From positions 760 through 64,759 of the forward strand of contig SPJN01000013.1 in the NCBI GenBank assembly GCA_006844605.1: a stretch of DNA of 64,000 nucleotides, read 5' to 3'. The stretch is from Hyphomicrobiales bacterium. Its GTDB lineage: Bacteria; Pseudomonadota; Alphaproteobacteria; SPJN01. The notes beneath the pieces are model-generated. The model saw only the letters and a list, made by a program, of their open reading frames with translations, did not search any database and was not told where the DNA came from. The position numbers and the translations under genes were made by a program. Below, piece by piece: positions 27,645 to 37,236 of this stretch (position 1 is its first letter; the number at the start of each line of letters is the position of its first letter).

Positions 27645-29285
27645 TCAGATGATCTGCCACTGCCCGGTGGCAAGGGCATAGGCCCCGATCAGGGCATTGG
27701 CGCAGGCGTGGGCGATTATCGCATCGCTGACGTTTTTCCGCCGCAAATACAGCAGCCCGAAACACAGGCCTGCAAGGCCCGCCAATATCCAATCGCCGTG
27801 TAATGCGGCGAACAGGCCGCTGCTGACCACAAGCGCGACAAGTCTTGTTGCCAGTGAATTGCGGGTGTTCAGGCGCGCCAGAATATAGCCACGGAAAAAC
27901 AGTTCTTCCACCACCGGAATGATAAGGCTGGTGCCGATCAGGCGCGCAGTGACCCACAGGGTAAATGCGGCAGCAGACAGGGCACCTAAGCGGTCGGTCA
28001 GTATATCGTCGGCAGGGGTGTTGCGCAGAGCCACGATCCAAACCACACCGATCACCAAGCCCGTTGCGATGGCAAGCGGATCGGGGGTGAGCTTGATGCC
28101 GCGCAGCACCGGCCAAAACAGCCACAATGCAGCAGCCACAACCGCAATCCGCGCAGGATAGGCCAGTGCCGGTACTTCAATGACTGCACCTGCGATCAAA
28201 GATGTTGTCATCAATATGATGAATGGCAGGATATAGGCCGCAAGCGGGTCTTGGCGGAAAGGGGTGGTCGATGCTTGGGGCGCGGGATCAGTTTGCTTGA
28301 TAAACCATGTCGATTTTTCAACCAGCACAATAATGCTGATATTCAGGATCAGGAACATGATCCACCCGGCATAGGAATGAAACCCGTCGATCGCCAGTTC
28401 CGGCGAAATATCTGCGCCGACAATGATCAACAGGGCAACCCGCACGGTGTTTAGAAGATAGCTTAGAATGATGGCGATGGGGATCAGCATGGCAAACCGC
28501 GCGACCCGTAGATGGTTGCTCATCAAAAACAGATACGACCCCAATAGGGTGGTGGTCAGGATCAGGCCCTGAACGCCTGAACAGGTGTGACCGACAAAAA
28601 CGCGGAACCCTTCTACGCCCATCACGAAATCCTTGTCCCCATATAGCGGGGTGTAGCCAAGGATGGTCAACAGCGCAGCAACCCCATCAAATGTGGTGCG
28701 GGTAACAAGCGGGATTTGCCATGATGCTTGCAGCGTATAAAACCCGATCAATGGCGATATGGTGGCAATGATCACGAACCAGAACGGTTTTCGTTTCGCA
28801 GCTTCAAGCCATTGTGCAGGCGTGGCCAGAATGAACACAACACCGATCACGGCGCATAAGGCACCGCCCAGCCACATGGCAAGGCCATATGATTGTATCA
28901 ATGCCGGATCAGAAACAGCCAACAGGCCGGGCAGTGACAACAGCAATACCCCGCCGATATGAACCGCCAGCCATGTGGGCGACAGGCTTGATGCCAAGCG
29001 GGCCTGCCGCATTGCGTGGGTGATTTGATGGGTTTGATAAAGGCAAAGCAACAACAGCGCCACCGCGCCGCCAAATATCATTTCATAGAAAAAATTCGTC
29101 AGCGTGCAGAATGTCGTGTCGGATGCCAAAAACCGGCACATATCGACCGGCATATCAGGGTGCCCGGCGACCGGACCTGAAATATAGATAATGAATAACA
29201 GTCCCAATTCCACGGCAAACAGACAGGTCAGTGCTGTGACCTGCCAAATGAGTGAGGTTGGAATAGGCCGTGCCGCGTGGGTCAT
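27645..29285 (-). CDS. xrtE: Exosortase E / CAAX (CPBP) protease fusion, VPEID-CTERM system
   Basis: Exosortase triad: TCSG (Cys), LNTVRV (Arg), GFHSYAGW (His). C-terminal CPBP motifs EELFFRGY, FAALH, HACAN. VPEIS-type substrates adjacent. Confidence 0.85.
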   Translation of the reverse strand: MTHAARPIPTSLIWQVTALTCLFAVELGLLFIIYISGPVAGHPDMPVDMCRFLASDTTFCTLTNFFYEMIFGGAVALLLLCLYQTHQITHAMRQARLASSLSPTWLAVHIGGVLLLSLPGLLAVSDPALIQSYGLAMWLGGALCAVIGVVFILATPAQWLEAAKRKPFWFVIIATISPLIGFYTLQASWQIPLVTRTTFDGVAALLTILGYTPLYGDKDFVMGVEGFRVFVGHTCSGVQGLILTTTLLGSYLFLMSNHLRVARFAMLIPIAIILSYLLNTVRVALLIIVGADISPELAIDGFHSYAGWIMFLILNISIIVLVEKSTWFIKQTDPAPQASTTPFRQDPLAAYILPFIILMTTSLIAGAVIEVPALAYPARIAVVAAALWLFWPVLRGIKLTPDPLAIATGLVIGVVWIVALRNTPADDILTDRLGALSAAAFTLWVTARLIGTSLIIPVVEELFFRGYILARLNTRNSLATRLVALVVSSGLFAALHGDWILAGLAGLCFGLLYLRRKNVSDAIIAHACANALIGAYALATGQWQII

Positions 29286-29567
29286 GAATACTCAATCAAA
29301 ATGTTCAGATATCTTGCCAACCCAATCGCGCATCATCAATGCAGATCAGGCAGGCGACAGTGCCATAGTCATTGGATAGTTGGAAAGCAAAATCAGCCTT
29401 GGACAGATATGGCAATGTGGTGGTCCTCCGCCCGCGCCCCCTACCGCCACACAACCCCAAAATGCATTGCAGTTGTGCGCTGGTCAAACACGCAATTGAC
29501 CGCTTGTCAGGGTGTTTGCGCACGTCTATGGTCAAACGGTAATGATAGGGGCTAAAGGAAAATTATC

Positions 29568-29735
29568 ATGAAAATCATTCTATCCGCCGCAACATTGGTT
29601 GCTGTTTCAACAGGCAGTGCCTTTGCAATTTCCGGCGGCAGCGTCCCCGAAATTTCATCAGTGGGCGGCGTCGCTGCAATGGCCATTGTGGGCGGCATTG
29701 CCGTTTATCTGTGGGAACGCAAAAACCGCAAATAG
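29568..29735 (+). CDS. 55-aa signal peptide + VPEID-CTERM-like precursor 1 (not in ORF track)
   Basis: MKIILSAATLVAVSTGSAFA-ISGGS-VPEISSVGGVAAMAIVGGIAVYLWERKNRK. AAAGGAAAA RBS. Paralogous to precursors 2 and 3. Confidence 0.9.
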   Translation: MKIILSAATLVAVSTGSAFAISGGSVPEISSVGGVAAMAIVGGIAVYLWERKNRK

Positions 29736-29776
29736 ACCATCTATGTATTTGATATGGACGCAAAGGCTTTCGTTTC

Positions 29777-30667
29777 GTGAGTGATTTTTTTGCGTCCATA
29801 ATCGAACTGCTGGTTTCGTTCGCACCACTGATTATTGCTTTCGCTGGCGCTTATGCGTTGGAAGTGTGGCGTCCGTGGCGGCGGCGAGATGAGCGGTTCT
29901 GGCTGCGTGCTGCCCAGGCAACAATCCTTTATGCGGTTGGTGTTTGGCTTGTCGTGGTTCTGTTTCCCGGATCGCTGCAAGAGCTGTCGGATAACAATGC
30001 CCAATCGGGGTTGGGTTTGCTGCCCCTTTTGGGGGTGGAGCCGCTGAATTGGTCACTGCCAGTCTTGTTCGTGGTGACGTTTTGCTTGCGGGACTTGCTG
30101 TTGTACACCACGCATTGGACCACGCATAAGTTCCCGTTTTTGTGGCGTATGCACCGGGTGCATCATTCCGATATCGAGATTGACGCATCAACCGCGCTGC
30201 GCGATCACCCACTTGAAATAATCTATGGGTTGTCGGTGCATATCATTGTGTTTTTGGCGCTGGGCATTCCGGGCACCGCCTTGGGGCCGACGATTGCCGT
30301 TTCGCTGGCATTGGGGGTTTGGGTGCATACAAACACGCCGTCCCCCCAATGGATGAAATATGTGGCCTTGGTCTTGGTGACGCCTGATTATCATCGACGT
30401 CACCACAGCGCTGCGATGGCAGACTTCAATTGTAATTTGGGCAATTCATTGACGATCTGGGACCGCTTGTTCGGGACCGTGCATGCGACCTTCAAAGGTG
30501 TGTCGACAGAACAAAATCAAGATGTCAGTTTCGGCTGCCCTGTCCCTGACGAGCAGCGAGATACGTTGATTGGTATGTTGCTTGATCCGTTCCAGCGCGA
30601 GCTGACCGAACAGGAAATAGCCGCGACAACATCTGCTGCCAAACCTGATAGCAGCCAGCACTCATAA
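29777..30667 (+). CDS. Fatty acid hydroxylase / sterol desaturase family protein
   Basis: His boxes HWTTH, HRVHH, WVH, HRRHH. Multiple TM segments. Confidence 0.9.
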   Translation: MSDFFASIIELLVSFAPLIIAFAGAYALEVWRPWRRRDERFWLRAAQATILYAVGVWLVVVLFPGSLQELSDNNAQSGLGLLPLLGVEPLNWSLPVLFVVTFCLRDLLLYTTHWTTHKFPFLWRMHRVHHSDIEIDASTALRDHPLEIIYGLSVHIIVFLALGIPGTALGPTIAVSLALGVWVHTNTPSPQWMKYVALVLVTPDYHRRHHSAAMADFNCNLGNSLTIWDRLFGTVHATFKGVSTEQNQDVSFGCPVPDEQRDTLIGMLLDPFQRELTEQEIAATTSAAKPDSSQHS

Positions 30668-30700
30668 CCAAATCGCTAAATGGGTAGCGCCACCGTCTGT

Positions 30701-31546
30701 TCAGTCGCGCTGATCTTGCTGCGTTGGTGGCGCTGGCGGCGTTACAGGGTTGGGCAATATCGGGTCTGCCAACAGGCCCACGATTGCATTATACCGTTCA
30801 GGCGGCTGGCCAACGCCCACTGTGAAGTGGGCTGGCGCGGCGGGCGCAAATCCCTGCACAAGTGGGTTGGCACTACCAAACAGATGATCCCAAATGGTCA
30901 GGACAGTGCCGTAATTGGTCATTTGATCCTGCCCGGCGTCGCTGTGATGGCGTTTGTGATATTCCGGCGTCACAATCAGGCGTGACAGGGGCCGCAAAAA
31001 ACGCGGGGTCACAATATTGCTGTGGACATAGAAATTGATCACCAGCAAGACACCCTCTGCCCAGATAAAGCAGATCAGCGGCAGGCCGCTGACAACAATA
31101 ACGCCCAAGGTCAGCGCGGTGTTGATCAGAACCTCAACCGGGTGAAACCGCAAAGCGGTTGAGGTGTCATAGCTGGTGTCAGAATGGTGGGCGCGATGGA
31201 TGCGCCACAGCACGGGCACCTGATGAAACAGGCGATGCGAAAAATAGACCGCCAGATCCGTTACCAGCAACGTGATGATGAAACTGACTGCCAAGGGCAT
31301 CTGGGCAAAAAAGTCGGCACTGATCTGCCATTGCAGCGCCAGTGCAGCGGCCTGTGATTGGGTCGGCAATAAGTTCACGGTCAGAATGCTGGCCGTTAAA
31401 TAAAGCGTCGTAGACAATAACAGCCGATAGGCATAGGGGGCCTGCGCCTTTTCAAAGGGCGCAAACAGTTCGGCCAAACGAAACAGGGCCAAACACAGGA
31501 TCAGCGGACCAAAGGCGATAAGCGTATCTGTCAGCTGGTCAATCAT
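30701..31546 (-). CDS. Fatty acid hydroxylase / sterol desaturase family protein (paralog)
   Basis: His boxes HRLFH, HRAHH, YVH, HKRHH. WDHLFGS. Confidence 0.9.
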   Translation of the reverse strand: MIDQLTDTLIAFGPLILCLALFRLAELFAPFEKAQAPYAYRLLLSTTLYLTASILTVNLLPTQSQAAALALQWQISADFFAQMPLAVSFIITLLVTDLAVYFSHRLFHQVPVLWRIHRAHHSDTSYDTSTALRFHPVEVLINTALTLGVIVVSGLPLICFIWAEGVLLVINFYVHSNIVTPRFLRPLSRLIVTPEYHKRHHSDAGQDQMTNYGTVLTIWDHLFGSANPLVQGFAPAAPAHFTVGVGQPPERYNAIVGLLADPILPNPVTPPAPPTQQDQRD

Positions 31547-31582
31547 ATTGTAACCACCATAAATCCCAGTTTTTTAACCGCC

Positions 31583-31620
31583 AAAAAAGAAAGGCACCGA
31601 TGTGATCGATGCCCTTCGTC
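31583..31620 (-). terminator. Rho-independent terminator between precursor 2 and the desaturase
   Basis: Minus-strand GAAGGGCATCGAT-CAC-ATCGGTGCCTTTC followed by TTTTTT. Confidence 0.7.
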
Positions 31621-31640
31621 AGTTTGATAAGGCAACCGCC

Positions 31641-31808
31641 CTATTTGCGGTTCTTGCGATCCCAGAAATAGGCAGCAATGCCGCCAATAACTGCCATGGC
31701 CGCCAAACCACCTGTGGCTGACACTTCGGGTGCGCCGATTGGCGCAAAGCCCGCGAGAGCGGGACTTGTTGCGGTTGCAAACAGTGCGGCTGCAATTATC
31801 TTTTTCAT
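31641..31808 (-). CDS. 55-aa signal peptide + VPEID-CTERM-like precursor 2 (not in ORF track)
   Basis: MKKIIAAALFATATSPALA-GFAPIG-APEVSATGGLAAMAVIGGIAAYFWDRKNRK. GAGGGG RBS. Confidence 0.9.
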   Translation of the reverse strand: MKKIIAAALFATATSPALAGFAPIGAPEVSATGGLAAMAVIGGIAAYFWDRKNRK

Positions 31809-31844
31809 TTCGGCCCCTCTTATACAATTAAACTTATGTTTTTG

Positions 31845-31872
31845 AGTATAGGGTGACGTTAGGCCCGGTCAA
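31845..31872 (-). promoter_or_regulatory. Sigma70-like promoter of precursor 2, overlapping the U-tract of the upstream terminator
   Basis: TTGACC, 16 nt spacer, TATACT on the minus strand. Confidence 0.6.
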
Positions 31873-31906
31873 ATAAAAAGACGGCCCGCATGGAGCCGCC
31901 TTTCGC
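31871..31906 (-). terminator. Rho-independent terminator of precursor 3
   Basis: Minus-strand AAAGGCGGCTC...GGGCCGTCTTTTTATTT. Confidence 0.7.
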
Positions 31907-31937
31907 AGAATTGTCATGGATTCGTTAGGCAACAGCC

Positions 31938-32111
31938 CTATTTGCGGTTCTTGCGATCCCAGAAATAGGCAGCAATGCCGCCAACAACGGCCATGGCCGC
32001 CAAACCGCCTGTGGCTGACACTTCCGGTGCACCGATTGGGATACGAACTTTCCCGGCAAAGGCAGGGCCTGTCGCCATTATAAATAGTGCGGCTGTATAG
32101 AGCTTTTTCAT
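31938..32111 (-). CDS. 57-aa signal peptide + VPEID-CTERM-like precursor 3
   Basis: MKKLYTAALFIMATGPAFA-GKVRIPIG-APEVSATGGLAAMAVVGGIAAYFWDRKNRK. 3' half nearly identical at DNA level to precursor 2. Confidence 0.9.
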   Translation of the reverse strand: MKKLYTAALFIMATGPAFAGKVRIPIGAPEVSATGGLAAMAVVGGIAAYFWDRKNRK

Positions 32112-32143
32112 ATTGTTCCCCAATATATTAACCTTACATGCCC

Positions 32144-32171
32144 AATATAGGACCGCGGAGGGACGGGTCAA
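32144..32171 (-). promoter_or_regulatory. Sigma70-like promoter of precursor 3
   Basis: TTGACC, 16 nt spacer, TATATT on the minus strand. Same architecture as 31845-31872. Confidence 0.6.
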
Positions 32172-32206
32172 ATAAAAAGACGCCGGGGTGCCCCCCGACG
32201 CCTTCG
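32170..32206 (-). terminator. acnA terminator
   Basis: Minus-strand GAAGGCGTCGGGG-GGCA-CCCCGGCGTCTTTTTATTT. Confidence 0.8.
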
Positions 32207-32227
32207 TGATTTGATCGGTGTGTCTGC

Positions 32228-34942
32228 CTATTGCGCCAGATCCCGCAGCACGTAATGCAGGATGCCGCCATTGCGGAAATAGGCGACCTCGTTCCCTGTA
32301 TCAATGCGCAGCAGCAGCGGCACTTTCTTGGTCTTGCCATTCTTATAGGTGATCTGTGCCTCTACCGTCATGCGGGGTTTAATGCCCTTGGCAAGGCCGG
32401 GCAGGGTGATGGTTTCAGACCCGTCCATTTTCAGCGTTTTGCGGCTGGTGCCTTCTTCGAACTGTAGGGGCAGGACGCCCATCCCAACAAGGTTGGAACG
32501 GTGAATCCGTTCAAAGCTTTCGGCGATCACGGCCTTCACCCCCAGCAGGATCGTGCCCTTGGCCGCCCAATCGCGGGACGACCCGGTGCCATATTCCTTG
32601 CCGGCCACAACCACCAGCGGGGTGCCTGCGGTTTGATATGCCATCGCCGCGTCATAGATTGACATCTGTTTGCCACTGGGTTGATGAACGGTCACGCCGC
32701 CTTCGACGCCGGGGACCATTTCGTTTTTGATGCGGATATTGGCAAAGGTGCCGCGCATCATCACCTGATGATTGCCGCGCCGTGACCCATATGAGTTAAA
32801 GTCGGCTTGCGCCACCTTGTTTTTGGTCAGATAGGCACCGGCGGGGCTGTCCTTTTTGATGACGCCTGCGGGGCTGATATGATCGGTGGTGATGGAATCA
32901 CCAAACAGGCCCAACACGCGGGCATCTTCAACATCCGTCAGCTTGTCCACATCCATCGTCATGCCATCGAAATAGGGCGGGTTTTGCACATAGGTTGACT
33001 TGTCATCGAAGTCATATGTCAGCCCCTCGCCCGCCTTGATCTTGCGCCAGCCCGCGTCACCGGTGAACACATCGGCATAGCGTTTCTTGAACGCTGCGCG
33101 CGTTACGGTCTTGCGGACGGTTTGGGTAATCTCAGCATTTGATGGCCAAATATCCTTCAAATAAACCGGGTTGCCCTTGCGGTCCTGCCCGATGGGATCG
33201 GTGGTCAGGTTCAGCTTGGTCGTTCCGGCAAGGGCATAGGCAACAACCAAGGGCGGGGAGGCAAGATAGTTCGCCTTGACCTGTTGGTTGACACGGCCTT
33301 CAAAATTGCGATTGCCTGACAGCACCGATGCGACGGCCAAATCTTCCTTGGCCACGGTTTTGCTGATGGGCGGCGGCAGGGGGCCTGAATTGCCGATACA
33401 GGTCGTGCAGCCATAGCCAACCACGTTAAAGCCCAGCTTATTCAATTCCCTTTGCAGGCCGGCGGCTTGCAGATAGTCAGACACAACTTGCGACCCCGGC
33501 GCGAGGGAGGTTTTGACCCACGGCTTCACCTTCATACCCAGCCTGGCGGCATTGCGCGCCAGCAGCCCCGCGCCAATCATGACAGATGGGTTGGAGGTAT
33601 TGGTGCAACTGGTGATGGCGGCGATCACAACATCGCCATGCCCAAGGTCGTAATTTTCGCCCCGCACCTTAACGCGGCGGTCAGCTTCGTCCGCCTTGCC
33701 GAATTCATTGGCGAGGGTGTCGGCAAAGTTTTGCGCAACACCGCTAAGGGCCACGCGGTCCTGTGGCCGTTTGGGGCCTGCCAATGACGGCTCTACCGTA
33801 GACATATCAAGTTCAAGTGTGTCGGTGAACACCGGGTCCTTTGACCGCTTGGTGCGCCACATGCCCTGTTTTTTGGCATAGGCTTCGGTCAGGGCAACCC
33901 GTGACGGGCTGCGGCCTGTTGATTTCAGGTAATTGATGGTTTCGTCATCAATGGGGAAGAACCCACATGTGGCGCCATATTCGGGGGCCATATTGGCCAC
34001 GGTGGCCCGGTCAGCCAGCGACAGCTGGTCAAGGCCGGGGCCGTAAAATTCAACGAACTTGCCGACCACGCCCTTATTGCGCAGCATTTCAGTGATGGTT
34101 AGCACAAGGTCAGTGGCGGTGTTGCCTTCCCTGATCTTGCCCGTCAGCTTGAAGCCGACAACTTCAGGTAACAGCATGGAAATCGGCTGGCCCAGCATTG
34201 CGGCCTCAGCCTCAATCCCGCCAACACCCCAGCCCAGCACGGCAAGGCCGTTGACCATGGTGGTGTGGCTATCGGTGCCGACCAGCGTGTCGGGATAGGC
34301 GACATCTACCTTGTTGCCCTTTTCATCCAGCCCCTTACCGGTCCAGACGGTTTGGGCCAGATATTCCAGATTGACCTGATGGCAGATGCCGGTGCCCGGC
34401 GGCACAACGCGGAAATTGTCAAACGCCTGTTGGCCCCAGCGCAGAAACTTATAGCGTTCATCATTACGTGAATATTCCAGCGATACATTATCCTTGAACG
34501 CCTGTGGCGTGCCGAAATGATCAACCATCACTGAATGGTCGATCACCAAATCGACGGGGGCCAGCGGGTTGATCTTTTTCGGGTTTGCGCCAAGCGCAGT
34601 CATTGCGCCGCGCATGGCAGCAAGGTCAACCACGGCGGGCACGCCGGTAAAATCCTGCATCAGCACGCGGGCGGGGCGATAGGCAATCTCCTTCGGGTTC
34701 TTTTTACGCTTCAACCATGTGCCCAGCGCCTTGATGTCCTTTTCCTTGACCGTGTCGCCATCTTCAAAGCGCAGCAGGTTTTCAAGGATGACTTTTAACG
34801 AGTAGGGCAGGCGATCAAAGTCGAGGCCCAATGCCTTTGCTGCCTTGGGAACCGAATAATAGGTATAGGTCTTGGCCCCGACTTTCAGCCGTGATTTGGT
34901 TTTCAGCGTGTCTTGGCCAAGTGTCTGTACTGGTGCAGGCAT
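32228..34942 (-). CDS. acnA: Aconitate hydratase A
   Basis: [48 protein letters not shown]. Confidence 0.98.
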   Translation of the reverse strand: MPAPVQTLGQDTLKTKSRLKVGAKTYTYYSVPKAAKALGLDFDRLPYSLKVILENLLRFEDGDTVKEKDIKALGTWLKRKKNPKEIAYRPARVLMQDFTGVPAVVDLAAMRGAMTALGANPKKINPLAPVDLVIDHSVMVDHFGTPQAFKDNVSLEYSRNDERYKFLRWGQQAFDNFRVVPPGTGICHQVNLEYLAQTVWTGKGLDEKGNKVDVAYPDTLVGTDSHTTMVNGLAVLGWGVGGIEAEAAMLGQPISMLLPEVVGFKLTGKIREGNTATDLVLTITEMLRNKGVVGKFVEFYGPGLDQLSLADRATVANMAPEYGATCGFFPIDDETINYLKSTGRSPSRVALTEAYAKKQGMWRTKRSKDPVFTDTLELDMSTVEPSLAGPKRPQDRVALSGVAQNFADTLANEFGKADEADRRVKVRGENYDLGHGDVVIAAITSCTNTSNPSVMIGAGLLARNAARLGMKVKPWVKTSLAPGSQVVSDYLQAAGLQRELNKLGFNVVGYGCTTCIGNSGPLPPPISKTVAKEDLAVASVLSGNRNFEGRVNQQVKANYLASPPLVVAYALAGTTKLNLTTDPIGQDRKGNPVYLKDIWPSNAEITQTVRKTVTRAAFKKRYADVFTGDAGWRKIKAGEGLTYDFDDKSTYVQNPPYFDGMTMDVDKLTDVEDARVLGLFGDSITTDHISPAGVIKKDSPAGAYLTKNKVAQADFNSYGSRRGNHQVMMRGTFANIRIKNEMVPGVEGGVTVHQPSGKQMSIYDAAMAYQTAGTPLVVVAGKEYGTGSSRDWAAKGTILLGVKAVIAESFERIHRSNLVGMGVLPLQFEEGTSRKTLKMDGSETITLPGLAKGIKPRMTVEAQITYKNGKTKKVPLLLRIDTGNEVAYFRNGGILHYVLRDLAQ

Positions 34943-35107
34943 CGTATTCCCCTCTTATTCGTTTGGTGCAGTTTTGTACCTTAAGTCCCACAACTAAGCC
35001 TTTGGGCTTCAAAAAGCTATGACTTCCAGCCATAGTAGCGGTAATTCGCAGTGATCTTGCCAGCTGTTTTGCCAGCTATCTTACTAGTGATTTTGAATGA
35101 GAGTGTT

Positions 35108-35908
35108 GTGACAGTCAAAATTGAACATAAGGAGGCGGTGACCATCGTCTCAATCGATCGGCCCGATCGGCGCAATGCGGTGGATGGTGATACCGCCCGT
35201 GCGCTGGCAGATGCCTTTCGTGCGTTTGATGAGGATGACACGAAAAAGGTCGGCATTTTGACCGGCACGGCAGGGGCCTTTTGCGCTGGTGCTGATCTGA
35301 AGGCCGTGGCCGCAGGGCTGGGCGCAAACCCCGTGACGCCCCCCAAGGTCGGTGACGCGTTTGACCGCCTTGATGTCGGGCCGATGGGGCCTAGCCGCTT
35401 TGTCCTGAACAAGCCTGTGATCGCCGCCATCGAAGGGCACGCGGTTGCCGGCGGGCTTGAGCTTGCCTTGTGGTGCGATATGCGCGTGGTATCCGAAGAT
35501 GCGGTGCTGGGCGTGTTTTGCCGCCGTTGGGGGGTGCCGCTGATTGATGGTGGCACGGTTCGGCTGCCGCGCCTGATCGGGCAGGGTCATGCGATGGATT
35601 TGATTCTGACGGGCCGCCCCGTGGATGCTGAAGAGGCACGGATGATGGGCCTTGCCAACCGTATCGCGCCCAAGGGGGACGCGCTGTATGAGGCATTGAA
35701 GCTGGCCCAACAATTATGCGAATTTCCGCAAATCTGTATGCGGCATGACCGGTTGAGCGCGCTGGAACAATGGGGCCTGCCCTATGATCAGGCGATGGCA
35801 AATGAAGTTGATCATGGCCGCCATGCGCTCAAGGCTGATGAGGCCCGCACAGGTGCCGCCCGCTTTGCCGCCGGGCGTGGCCGTGGTGGAAGTTTCGATA
35901 AGATATGA
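35108..35908 (+). CDS. Enoyl-CoA hydratase/crotonase family protein
   Basis: AFCAGADLK, KPVIAAIEGHAVAGGLELALWCD. GTG start inferred. Confidence 0.9.
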   Translation: MTVKIEHKEAVTIVSIDRPDRRNAVDGDTARALADAFRAFDEDDTKKVGILTGTAGAFCAGADLKAVAAGLGANPVTPPKVGDAFDRLDVGPMGPSRFVLNKPVIAAIEGHAVAGGLELALWCDMRVVSEDAVLGVFCRRWGVPLIDGGTVRLPRLIGQGHAMDLILTGRPVDAEEARMMGLANRIAPKGDALYEALKLAQQLCEFPQICMRHDRLSALEQWGLPYDQAMANEVDHGRHALKADEARTGAARFAAGRGRGGSFDKI

Positions 35909-36543
35909 GCCCAACCCCCTTTCCAGACCTGTCCCTGTCAGTTGACGGGCTTTGCGTGACGCGCGGCACCCGCACAGTGCTGCGTGATCTGGGTTTTGCC
36001 TTTATTGGTGGGCAGGCGGTCAGCCTGACCGGGCCAAACGGGGTGGGGAAATCAACGCTGTTGCTGACACTTGCCGGCTTGTTGAGTGCTGAAGATGGCG
36101 CGATAACGCTGCAGATTGGTGGTCAGCCTGTCGAACTGGCGGAACAGTGCTTTTTATATGGTCATCGGTTGGGGTTAAAACCACTATTGACCGTGGGGGA
36201 AAATTTGCAGTTCTGGCGCGATTTCGCCGGGAATGGGCGTAGCGCGACTGTGGAACAGGCGCTGGACGCTGTGGCGTTGACAGTGTTGCAGGATCATTCG
36301 GCGTCAATCCTTAGCCAAGGGCAGCAAAAACGGTTGAGCTTTGCCCGCGCTTTGGTGGCCCCGCGCCCTATTTGGTTGCTGGATGAACCCTTGGCCAGCC
36401 TTGATGGGGACAGTCAGGAACGGATCACACACTTGATCGATGATCATCGCGGACGGGGCGGCCTTGCCCTTGTGGCAACGCACCAGCCTTTGCCGCTTGC
36501 TGGCGGGGTAGACTTGATATTGAAGCGGGGGGGGCACAGCTGA
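35905..36543 (+). CDS. ccmA: Heme ABC exporter ATP-binding subunit
   Basis: GPNGVGKST, LSQGQQKR, WLLDEP. Operon position. Confidence 0.93.
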   Translation: MSPTPFPDLSLSVDGLCVTRGTRTVLRDLGFAFIGGQAVSLTGPNGVGKSTLLLTLAGLLSAEDGAITLQIGGQPVELAEQCFLYGHRLGLKPLLTVGENLQFWRDFAGNGRSATVEQALDAVALTVLQDHSASILSQGQQKRLSFARALVAPRPIWLLDEPLASLDGDSQERITHLIDDHRGRGGLALVATHQPLPLAGGVDLILKRGGHS

Positions 36544-37214
36544 TGGCGCGTCCCTTGACCAGTTTGATCAAACGCGATGTCCGCCTTGCGGTTCGTCAGG
36601 GCGGCAGCGTTGTGCAATCGGTGCTGTTTTTCCTGATGATCGGGATGATTGTCCCGTTTGGGGTGGGGGCAGATGCCGACAAGTTGGCTGACATTGCCCC
36701 CGGGATCATCATGGTGGCGGCGCTTTTGGCGCTGTTGTTGACGCTGGATCGGCTGTTTCAGGCCGATTTTGAAGATGGCAGCATTGACGGGCTGATCACA
36801 TTGGGGCCGTTGCTGGAGCTGACGGTGCTGGCCAAGGGGGTGGCGCACTGGTTGGGCACCGGGTTGCCGCTGGTATTGGCTGCGCCTGTCATGGCGTTGC
36901 TGCTGAATTTGCCGCTGGACGCCTATCCGGTGATGGTTTTGACCATCATTCTTGCCACAATCGGGCTAAGTTTCATTGGCATGATCGGGGCGGCCCTGAC
37001 GGTGGGGATCAGACGTGGGGGGCTGCTCTTGTCATTGCTGGTGATCCCGCTATACGTACCTATAATTATTTTCGGGTCTGCGGCCATTGCGGTGGCGGGC
37101 ACCGGGTCGCCGGACCTGCCGGCATCATTGGGGTTACTGGCGCTGATCGCGCTGGGCAGCCTTGTTCTTTCGCCCTTTGCCGCCGCTGCGGCGCTTCGCC
37201 TGAATGCAGCTTGA
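36543..37214 (+). CDS. ccmB: Heme exporter permease
   Basis: RLFQADFEDGS, LLVIPLYVPIIIFG. Confidence 0.93.
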   Translation: MARPLTSLIKRDVRLAVRQGGSVVQSVLFFLMIGMIVPFGVGADADKLADIAPGIIMVAALLALLLTLDRLFQADFEDGSIDGLITLGPLLELTVLAKGVAHWLGTGLPLVLAAPVMALLLNLPLDAYPVMVLTIILATIGLSFIGMIGAALTVGIRRGGLLLSLLVIPLYVPIIIFGSAAIAVAGTGSPDLPASLGLLALIALGSLVLSPFAAAAALRLNAA

Positions 37215-37236
37215 TGAACGGATCGACCGACTGACC

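Noticed and set aside
29575..29799. Track ORFs 29575-29799(-) and 29599-29784(+)
   Set aside because: Alternative frames over the better-supported precursor 1 (29568-29735).
31543..31827. 94-aa ORF from the track
   Set aside because: Overlaps precursor 2 in another frame. Precursor 2 has an RBS, a signal peptide and two paralogs, and this ORF crosses a terminator.
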